Below are positions 56,383-64,000 of a stretch of 64,000 nt of DNA, in pieces. The number at the start of each line of letters is the position of its first letter. Position 1 is the stretch's first letter. Below the pieces are notes generated by a model. The model was given only the letters and a program-made list of their open reading frames with translations, searched no databases and was not told where the DNA came from. Both the position numbers and the translations under genes were made by a program. This DNA comes from an uncultured bacterium (lineage in GTDB: Bacteria > Hydrothermota > UBA3073 > NMUJ01 > CBEVQO01): the NCBI GenBank assembly GCA_965552055.1, contig CBEVQO010000004.1, positions 96,001-160,000 of the forward strand, given 5' to 3'.

Positions 56383-57395
56383 AACAAAGATAAAGATTCA
56401 AAAAAGGGCGCCTGTATCCATCTTATATAAGGCGTTTTTATCGTGAAAAATTTGTATTTTCTGTAATAAAAATATCCTTTTTCATTCCAGAAATTCTCAA
56501 TGGAAAACTTTACAATTTTTTCTGCTTTTTCTATTTTTGAGAACAAAGTAAATGCATAAATTGCTTGCGAAAGTGTTTGTCCATCAATTGGATAAAATCT
56601 CAGGTTGGTATATTTTGGTAAATCGTTTAAAAATAAATTTTTTGAATAATAATCAAAAAGTGAAAACATTCTTTCTTTTATTTTTTCATCTTTTTTGATT
56701 TTCCAAATTTCGAAAAGATTTCTCAAATTAAATGCAGTATGCAGGTGGTCAATTTCTTTTGTTTTTATTTCTTCAGCCCAGTAATAAAAAGAGCCATCTT
56801 TATTCTGTTTTTCGAAAATATAGTTTAATATTTTGTCACAGATTTCTTCATATCCGCATCTTAAAAAAAAGTTTGCAAGGAATAAATTTGAATTTATGAT
56901 ACATGCATAATCCACAGGAGTATAGCTGATGCAAATTTTATTTTTACCTTTTTTTATGATTTTGAAATTTTGCAGGATATAGTTTGCTGTTTTCTTAGCC
57001 ATTATTTTATAAATTTCTTTTTTTGTTGTGTTATACAACTCTATGAGTGCTATTCCGCAAATAGCAGAGCATGTGGCATCGGGTGTCCATTCACTTATCA
57101 GCCATTTTTCATCGCAAATCCACTTAAAGCCTTCCCCATATCCGCCATTGGAATCTTTTAGATAATTAGCAATGTTTTCTGCTTCTTTAATTTTATTTAG
57201 GAAAAGTAATCCACGTATTATTTGAGCAATTGCTTGATTTGAACGGATTTTTTTTGAATTAAATAAAGGTCTTAAAAAATAAGGAAATAATTCTTTAATT
57301 TTGATAAAAGATAGTGTATCAAAAGGGTCAAGACTAAAAAAGTGATTTTTTTGCATCCAGTTAAACAATTTCCTTAGAATTTCTTCAATTTTCAT
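56334..57395 (-). CDS. Hypothetical protein, probable (alpha/alpha)6 barrel
   Basis: DPFD, QNKDGSFYY, IDHLHTAF, YIRWIQA motifs resembling six-hairpin proteins seen in polysaccharide loci. Confidence 0.55.
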   Translation of the reverse strand: MKIEEILRKLFNWMQKNHFFSLDPFDTLSFIKIKELFPYFLRPLFNSKKIRSNQAIAQIIRGLLFLNKIKEAENIANYLKDSNGGYGEGFKWICDEKWLISEWTPDATCSAICGIALIELYNTTKKEIYKIMAKKTANYILQNFKIIKKGKNKICISYTPVDYACIINSNLFLANFFLRCGYEEICDKILNYIFEKQNKDGSFYYWAEEIKTKEIDHLHTAFNLRNLFEIWKIKKDEKIKERMFSLFDYYSKNLFLNDLPKYTNLRFYPIDGQTLSQAIYAFTLFSKIEKAEKIVKFSIENFWNEKGYFYYRKYKFFTIKTPYIRWIQAPFFESLSLFYRTTKILPLNTPSSV

Positions 57396-57991
57396 TGTCT
57401 TTTTGTAATTATTAGATAAGTTCCTTCAAAAGAAGATATAAGTTTCCATTCACTCATAAAACCATTTTCTTTTAAAAGTTTTAAGTAATCTTGTGGTTTA
57501 AAGAGGAAAACAGGTTTTTGCCACAATAATAAAGAGGTTTTTGCTACTATTTTTGCAAATAAAGTGGGGGCTTGCACTTTGATTAAGGCTATACCATCTT
57601 TTTTCAATATTTCCTTTAAATGCATTATGATATCTTTTGCTCTTTCATATTCTGCCATCAATAATAATATATTTTCAAATTTTTCGTTTATTTCGAAGAA
57701 ATTCTTTTTTATGAATTTGGCATTTTTAAATCTTTTTCTGGCAAATTTTATCATTTTGTTATCTACATCGAAAAAAGTGATGTTATGATTTTTTATTATC
57801 TTTACAAGATAGGGAAAGATATAACCCGTACTGGAGCCGACAACGCAAAGTTCTTTGGGATTAATTTCTTTTAGCGCTTTGATTATTATTTTGGTTGATT
57901 TTTGGCGAAAAAGTAAAAGGGGAGGAAGTTTAAAAGAAAATTCATAAAGCCAGAGAGGTACCCATAATTTTATTTTACCGAGTTTTGACAT
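57392..57991 (-). CDS. Class I SAM-dependent methyltransferase-like protein
   Basis: VVGSSTGY, FFDVDNKMIKFARKR, LKKDGI; ATG 57991 five nt after TTGACA-N15-TAAAAT. Confidence 0.65.
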   Translation of the reverse strand: MSKLGKIKLWVPLWLYEFSFKLPPLLLFRQKSTKIIIKALKEINPKELCVVGSSTGYIFPYLVKIIKNHNITFFDVDNKMIKFARKRFKNAKFIKKNFFEINEKFENILLLMAEYERAKDIIMHLKEILKKDGIALIKVQAPTLFAKIVAKTSLLLWQKPVFLFKPQDYLKLLKENGFMSEWKLISSFEGTYLIITKRQ

Positions 57992-58066
57992 CTTCAATTT
58001 TAATGAAAAAAATTTTTTGTCAACAAATTCTTGACAATACAGGAAATCGATATAAATATTAGAATT

Positions 58067-60952
58067 ATGATACTGACACTATTGATTAGTTATATTTATA
58101 CATGGAAGCCGCAAATCGTAGATAATGATGGAGATTGTGGCAAATGGTGCAGTATAGCATGTGATTCCGCGGGCAATCTTTATGTTTCTTATTATAATGC
58201 AACGAAAGATTCATTATTTTATGCAAGATTTGACGGAAATAATTGGGAAAAAACAGGAATTACAAAAGGAGGAATTTTCTCTTCACTTGCTATTGACCAA
58301 AATAAAAATCCTCACATTGTATTTTATTCTTCTGATAGGAGATACCTTTTGCATACCTATTTTGATACAGTTTGGCATTTTGATACCATTGATACGGTGC
58401 TGGGTGGGTATTGTGATATTGCTTGTAGATTTGGGAAAATATTTGTCGTTTATTATGACAGTATAAATGGAGACCTTAAAGGAGCCATAATAGGGGACTC
58501 AATATCTATAGGTATTTTTGACACCACAGGTGATGTAGGTAAATGGGCTTCGGTTTCGATTCCATCAGATACTTCGCTGGCATTTGCAGTTATTTCTTAC
58601 TATAGAAAAGATAAAGGAGATTTTTTGGGTTGTTACAAAACAGCGGGAACATGGTTTAAATTACAAATAGACACTATGGGGGATGTGGGCAAGTACTCAG
58701 ATTGCGTTGTTTCTTCAAATGCCGATTATATCTATGCCTTTTTCTCTTATTTTGATGAGACAAATTCCAAATTGAAACTATTTGCATGCAGTGCTTATGT
58801 TAAAATTGATACTATTTTCCTTGGTTTCGTTGATACATCTTTATCTTCTGGTTATTACACTTCTGTTACATCTTATAAGTTATCGCCGTTTGTTAGCTAT
58901 CATCAAAAAAATAAAGGTATCCTTAAAGTTGCTTATTTTTATAACAGAAAATGGTTTATAAAGCCAGCAGACACCATAGGAATTTGTGGTTTGTATTCTT
59001 CATGTGTGAGTGACGGAAAATATGTTCATATTGTATATTATGATTCTTTGTCTAAGTCTCTAAAATATTTAAAATGCAAACCAGATTCTGTGAACAGTGT
59101 GAAGAAGATAATACCGGATACGATAAGAGTGATTTCTGAGACATTAAAAGTGTTTAAGATAATTTTTGCTTTTCCTTTATCTTTTACTTCGGTTCAAAAA
59201 GTAGAAGATTCTATTTCACTTAAGGGTACAAAATCGGGAGAGCACTCTTTAATCGAGATTAGTGTAAATGGAGAGACATTAAAAATCGTTAAGGATGATA
59301 GTTCATTCATTGAAGGAGAAACATTAACATTGTATATTCCAAAAAGCATAAAAGACATTCACGGTATGGAAATATTGAGAGAATATTATCTTCGATTTAA
59401 GGTAAAATCTTATCCACCTTATTTGCTATTTACCGAACCTTTTGATGGAGAAGGAAAAGTATCTTATGATTGTCAAAGAGTGAAAGCAGTTTTTTCTGAG
59501 AAGATGGATTCTCTGTCTATCATTAAATCGTTAAATTTGCGTCATACTTTTATAAAAGGAGAAGTTTCAGGTAATCATCAATATGACTCTATAAAGATTG
59601 CTCTTGAAACACTTTATATTTATTTGAATCCAAAAAAGAAATTTTATGAAAAAGAGAAAGTTTATTTTGTGATAGGAGCTGATGTAAGGGACTTTCACGG
59701 CATTGAAAAAGGAGTTGTAGATAGTGTTTGCTTTTATATTGAGGGTTTTCCTCCTTCACCTCCTTTGAATGTATGTGCGAATGGGACAAATCCTTCTCCG
59801 TGGACTTCAAATGGAATGTTTGTGATAACATGGGAAAATCCACCAAGAGATACATCTTATCAAAGTCCTGTAAAATATGCATTTTATAAAATAAGCAAAA
59901 GACCTGCTTTTGATTACGATACAACAGGCAAGTTTATTTCTTCTCCTTCTACTCTTTATTGTGCTCTACAGGGGATAGATACAGTTTTTGTATGGCTTGT
60001 TGATACGATGGAATGCTTGAGCTGCGATAGTTTAAGTTTAGTAATTCTTAGAGGCGATACTTTGCCTCCACTTTACCCTGAGTCTATTTATGTCAATGGA
60101 TTAGCAAAGGTAAAGGGGTGGTTCAATTTTGATACATTATGGATTAGATATAAAGAAAATCCTGTACAAACAAAATCTGATATTTCTGGCATTCGGCGTG
60201 CTTTTTATAAAATAGGGGAGCCTCCTTCGCATCCATATGATACAACAGGAAGTTCCAAGGAAAATCCTTTCCTCGTGAAAATGCCAGAAGGTGAAAGCGA
60301 ATTTTTCCTTTGGCTTCAGGATAATTCTGGAAATGTAAACCATATTAACAATAAAAATGTAAAGATAAGAGTCGATCTTACTTCTCCGGAGATAATCGAT
60401 GTTATTGCCAAAAATGTCAGAAAGGATACTTTTGAGGTTAGAGTGAGAGCAAGAGATAGATTGTCTGGAATTAATCTTATAAAGATTTACAATACACAAG
60501 GTGAGATTATAAATTCGTTGCAAGTTGTTGATACATTGATAGACACTTCATTGCGTTTTTACGCACAGGATACAACATATATTGTGAGTGTCATAGATAG
60601 TGCAGGTAATGAAAGTGAGAAAGAAAAGGTAACCATTATTCCGGAGTTTTTAACAAGACGGGAAGTCTATGCATATCCCAATCCTGCAAAAGATTATGTT
60701 TATTTTCACTTCTTATTGAATAAAGATGCCAAGGTAGTTGTAGCGGTGTACAATCTTCGGGGCTATCTTGTAAGGAAAATTGTAAAAGAAGTTCCTGGAG
60801 GAAGACCTTCTCATTTGTTACCACAGGAGCAAAGGATTAAATTATCTACTTATGGTTTACCACCCGGAGTTTATTATTATAGGTTTACAGCGATACCTGA
60901 GAATGGAGGGAGAAAAGTCTCGGTGAAAGGCAAATTTGCGATAGTGAAATGA
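58067..60952 (+). CDS. Secreted protein with beta-propeller, Ig-like domains and T9SS-type CTD
   Basis: Repeats D..GDVGKW.S.A.D...H.SYY...G.LKYA; FSEKMD Ig-like; YAYPNPA...VYNLRGYLV...LPPGVYYY...GKFAIVK. Confidence 0.75.
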   Translation: MILTLLISYIYTWKPQIVDNDGDCGKWCSIACDSAGNLYVSYYNATKDSLFYARFDGNNWEKTGITKGGIFSSLAIDQNKNPHIVFYSSDRRYLLHTYFDTVWHFDTIDTVLGGYCDIACRFGKIFVVYYDSINGDLKGAIIGDSISIGIFDTTGDVGKWASVSIPSDTSLAFAVISYYRKDKGDFLGCYKTAGTWFKLQIDTMGDVGKYSDCVVSSNADYIYAFFSYFDETNSKLKLFACSAYVKIDTIFLGFVDTSLSSGYYTSVTSYKLSPFVSYHQKNKGILKVAYFYNRKWFIKPADTIGICGLYSSCVSDGKYVHIVYYDSLSKSLKYLKCKPDSVNSVKKIIPDTIRVISETLKVFKIIFAFPLSFTSVQKVEDSISLKGTKSGEHSLIEISVNGETLKIVKDDSSFIEGETLTLYIPKSIKDIHGMEILREYYLRFKVKSYPPYLLFTEPFDGEGKVSYDCQRVKAVFSEKMDSLSIIKSLNLRHTFIKGEVSGNHQYDSIKIALETLYIYLNPKKKFYEKEKVYFVIGADVRDFHGIEKGVVDSVCFYIEGFPPSPPLNVCANGTNPSPWTSNGMFVITWENPPRDTSYQSPVKYAFYKISKRPAFDYDTTGKFISSPSTLYCALQGIDTVFVWLVDTMECLSCDSLSLVILRGDTLPPLYPESIYVNGLAKVKGWFNFDTLWIRYKENPVQTKSDISGIRRAFYKIGEPPSHPYDTTGSSKENPFLVKMPEGESEFFLWLQDNSGNVNHINNKNVKIRVDLTSPEIIDVIAKNVRKDTFEVRVRARDRLSGINLIKIYNTQGEIINSLQVVDTLIDTSLRFYAQDTTYIVSVIDSAGNESEKEKVTIIPEFLTRREVYAYPNPAKDYVYFHFLLNKDAKVVVAVYNLRGYLVRKIVKEVPGGRPSHLLPQEQRIKLSTYGLPPGVYYYRFTAIPENGGRKVSVKGKFAIVK

Positions 60953-62796
60953 TTATATTTCTGATATTACTTTTTGAAAGCGTCTATTATGGAGATGCAG
61001 CAAAATATATGGGGATGGGAGAAGTTGGAGTAGCGAGTGCTGTGGGTGTAAACGGATTTTCTCTGAATCCTGCTCTTATTTCTTATAGTAAAGGATTAGA
61101 AGTTTCTTTTACATATTATTCACTCATGCTCGGGACATTTTATTTTTCTACTTCCCTTAAGGCGGATATAAAAGACTATAAAGTTGGGATAGTGTTTAAA
61201 TCTATATCAACTGAAATAACAGGTAGAGAAGGAGTTTCGGAAGAACCTTTTAAATATTCTTTTTCTTCTTATTATACCGGGATTGGAGTTGCAAGAAAAC
61301 TTTATAATGATTTTGCCATCGGTTGTATTTTGGGTTATCCCTATGATAAGATATATGAGAAAAGTTATGCGGGCTTTGTATTGCAAAGTGGCGCATCTTA
61401 TAGATCTTATTGGCGTGGTTTTATTTATGGAGCAGGTTTAAATTTTCGTACAATTTCGCAATTTCCTTCGGGAGATTATGGATTTCATTTTTTCATGGAT
61501 GCAGAAATAGGTATATTTTTGCGCAGGAATTTTACATTAGAAATAGTATATAATCCTTTTGTGCGTAATTTATTAAAGTTAGGGATTGAATATGCTTATG
61601 AAGGTTTTTTTGTCAGGATGGGATTTCAAAATTTACCTGATAAGCGTTTATCAATTGGCTTTGGATGGAGTGGCACTCCTGTAGATATAGACTATGCCCT
61701 TATAAGGCATAGAGCATTTGATTTTATAAATGCATTAACTTTTTCATATTATCACGAAAGAATGTTGAAACAAAGAAAAGAGAGACTTGCGCGTATAGAA
61801 GAATTGCTGAGAAAGAAGGAAATGGTAACAGCCCGCTCTTGCTATGAAATAGGTATGGAATATTTTAAAAAAGGAGAATATGATCTTGCTATAAAACAAT
61901 GGGAATTGGCTTTGCTCTGGTGCCCCGATTATAGGGAAGCCAAGAAGATGATAGAAGAAGCTTGGAGAAGGAAAAGAGAACTTCGCGTGAAGGAGCATCT
62001 TCAAAAAGCTAAAAAATATTTAAGAGCGGGAAAATACATAGAAGCCATAGTAGAGAGCAAAGAAGCGCTGAAGATAGATTCGACTTGTAAATCAGCCGAT
62101 TCAATAATGAAGGTAGCGGAAAACATCCTTCAGGAAAAAATTGAGAAACTTTCGGAGATAGAAGAAAAATTATTTAGAGAAGGAGTTAATCTTTATTTGG
62201 CTGGGAATTACGATGGTGCGATTAAAAAGTGGAAAGAGGTTCTAAAAATAAATCCCGAGCATAAAGAAGCACTTCTTTACATAAAGAGAGCAAGGATAGA
62301 AAAAGAAAAGAGATTATCAATGAACCTTAATATGGCACAAAAGTATCTTGCGGAAGGAAAATGGAAACTGGCAAGGAAATATTATTTGAGAGCAAGAAAT
62401 ATTTCACCTAAAGACAAAAGAGTAAAAACATTCGCTTACAATTATAGGAAAAAACTTCGTCTTTATTTAAAGGGCCTTGAAAAAGAAGGTATATCTTTAT
62501 TTAATCAAAATAGGTTTTTAGAAGCAGAGGCTAAATTTAGAAAAATTCTGGAAATAAATCCTCAAAATGAAATTGCTTTATCTTATATTGATAAAATTAA
62601 AAAGAAGAGAATTTCATTGCGTCAAAAAGATATTCGTCAATATTATATCAATGGAATAAATGCTTATGCAAAAGATGATTTTGAAACTGCTATTTACTGG
62701 TGGAAAAAAATATTAGAAATTGACCCTGAAAATGAAAAAGCGAAACAGGCGATAAAACGGGCAGAGATGCATCTTCAAAAAATGGGTTCTTTATAG
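60949..62796 (+). CDS. PorV-like beta-barrel fused to C-terminal TPR repeats
   Basis: AAKYMGMGEVGVA...NPALI PorV-like start; barrel strands to LTFSY; then multiple G..Y..G.Y..AI..W...L..P TPRs. Confidence 0.7.
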   Translation: MIIFLILLFESVYYGDAAKYMGMGEVGVASAVGVNGFSLNPALISYSKGLEVSFTYYSLMLGTFYFSTSLKADIKDYKVGIVFKSISTEITGREGVSEEPFKYSFSSYYTGIGVARKLYNDFAIGCILGYPYDKIYEKSYAGFVLQSGASYRSYWRGFIYGAGLNFRTISQFPSGDYGFHFFMDAEIGIFLRRNFTLEIVYNPFVRNLLKLGIEYAYEGFFVRMGFQNLPDKRLSIGFGWSGTPVDIDYALIRHRAFDFINALTFSYYHERMLKQRKERLARIEELLRKKEMVTARSCYEIGMEYFKKGEYDLAIKQWELALLWCPDYREAKKMIEEAWRRKRELRVKEHLQKAKKYLRAGKYIEAIVESKEALKIDSTCKSADSIMKVAENILQEKIEKLSEIEEKLFREGVNLYLAGNYDGAIKKWKEVLKINPEHKEALLYIKRARIEKEKRLSMNLNMAQKYLAEGKWKLARKYYLRARNISPKDKRVKTFAYNYRKKLRLYLKGLEKEGISLFNQNRFLEAEAKFRKILEINPQNEIALSYIDKIKKKRISLRQKDIRQYYINGINAYAKDDFETAIYWWKKILEIDPENEKAKQAIKRAEMHLQKMGSL

Positions 62797-63435
62797 TCCC
62801 AGAGATTCGTTTATCAAAACAATAGTGATTCTACCTTTAAAGGGTTGCCTTTCGATGATTAATAAATAATTGCAGATTCTATCAGTTGAATCACAATCCG
62901 TGCATTTACCGAGTGTGACACAAGGAGTATTTTTATTAAGCCTTTTCGCATTTAAAATAGCTGCATAGTTTCTAATTCTTGAAATTGCATCTTCAACAGA
63001 GCCTGCGATTTTGTTGACACCTGCCACTAAAATTACTTTTTTGGGACCGAACATTATGGCTGCAACTCTATTTCCGTAAGCATCGAGGTAAACAAGTTTG
63101 CCGTCCATTGTGATAGCATTTATCCCCGTTATAAAATAGTCAGCTGTCAAACCTTTTTTTCGCATTTCGAATTTTTCTTCTTTTGAGAGATTTTTATCGT
63201 AAGGGTCGAAGAAAGTGTAATTGCCATTTTTAAGTGCATCATAAAGCCCTATCTCCTGCACTGTTAAAGAGCCACCCATACCGACAGTTGAGCCATCGGG
63301 TATCATTTCGAGAATTTTCTTTAATGCTTCTTCTTTGTTGTCACAGAAAATAACTTCATAACCCTTTGCTTTTAATATGGGAATTAATTTTTCTGCACGA
63401 ATCTTCCTCAGCCAGTGTTTTAGCTCGTATCGCAT
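62791..63435 (-). CDS. LUD-domain (lactate utilization) protein
   Basis: VGMGGSLT, TGINAIT.DG, DAYGNRVAA, GVNKI, PCVTLGKCTDC...RICN. Confidence 0.85.
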   Translation of the reverse strand: MRYELKHWLRKIRAEKLIPILKAKGYEVIFCDNKEEALKKILEMIPDGSTVGMGGSLTVQEIGLYDALKNGNYTFFDPYDKNLSKEEKFEMRKKGLTADYFITGINAITMDGKLVYLDAYGNRVAAIMFGPKKVILVAGVNKIAGSVEDAISRIRNYAAILNAKRLNKNTPCVTLGKCTDCDSTDRICNYLLIIERQPFKGRITIVLINESLGL

Positions 63436-63508
63436 CTATTAATATAATCATTTTGCGGATAAGTCAATAATTTTTATTGACAAATTTATATTTTGTCGAA
63501 ATTTAAAA

Positions 63509-64000
63509 GTGATAATTTTTTTACTGCAATTAAATTGCGATTCTCTAATAAATTTGCTTACGAAATTAACTTATGAAGAGAGGCAGAATCTATACAGGAG
63601 CATAAATTTTGATAAATCTTTATGTGAATCTTTATTTTTTCGAGCAAAAAATTCTGCATTGATTGGTAAAATTTATAGGGGCTATAAAATTGCGAGTTAT
63701 CTGGATGAGATAAGTGATTTTTTAAATGATAGTTTGTGTAAGGCAAAGGTTTACTGGCTTTATGGCTTTTTGAATTACTGTGAGGGACATTATGCTGATG
63801 CAGTGCCGTATTTTGAAAAGAGCCTTGATATTTTTGGGCAATATCATGATACTCTAAATAAGGGCAGGGCTTTACATGCTCTTGCTGTTACTTTATACTA
63901 TCAGGGCAGATTTAAAGAAGCGATGAAAAATTATAAAAGGGCACTCGGAATTTTTAAAAAATACAGTGTAAATGACGAAATCGAATGCCTTAACAATATC
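63509..64000 (+). CDS. TPR-repeat protein (3'-truncated at window edge; absent from ORF track)
   Basis: Open frame from GTG 63509 to end: AKVYWLYGFLNYCEGHYADAVPYFEKSL...GRALHALAVTLYYQGRFKEAMKNYKRAL. Confidence 0.75.
   Translation, partial: MIIFLLQLNCDSLINLLTKLTYEERQNLYRSINFDKSLCESLFFRAKNSALIGKIYRGYKIASYLDEISDFLNDSLCKAKVYWLYGFLNYCEGHYADAVPYFEKSLDIFGQYHDTLNKGRALHALAVTLYYQGRFKEAMKNYKRALGIFKKYSVNDEIECLNNI

Noticed and set aside
354..63746. Numerous short 60-160 aa ORFs nested in or antisense to long genes
   Set aside because: No recognisable motifs; expected shadow ORFs from biased codon usage

Overview
AT-rich, very compact chromosomal segment of a diderm bacterium, most likely an FCB-superphylum candidate lineage such as WOR-3 (inferred from the many T9SS/FlgD-type C-terminal sorting domains and PorV/PorZ-like genes). 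It carries housekeeping genes (pyrE, yajC, rnfEA, purM, groESL, prfB, mtaB, a tRNA nucleotidyltransferase, gcvPA, arcC, accBC, pdxJ, folC, hutI), two CCA-less tRNAs, a 14-kb TonB-receptor/PorV/secreted-protein operon and several large secreted proteins. The most striking signals are: (1) a tandem array of six intact, overlapping DUF5618/HEPN-like genes (~433-bp period) with a constant N-terminal part and mosaic, diversified C-terminal part around a conserved LHxxGYY motif; (2) a recurrent TTGACA-N15-TAnnnT promoter geometry (ten cases by hand count), often directly followed by a leaderless start codon; (3) groESL bracketed by two tRNAs, with a ~34-aa insertion in GroEL; (4) D-[ST]-hydrophobic (O-glycosylation sequon-like) rich hairpins in surface proteins; (5) a probable CC-adding-type nucleotidyltransferase; (6) two MITE/REP-like intergenic elements. 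No CRISPR array, transposase, integrase, reverse transcriptase or rRNA was seen. All assignments are from motif recognition by eye, not database searches.
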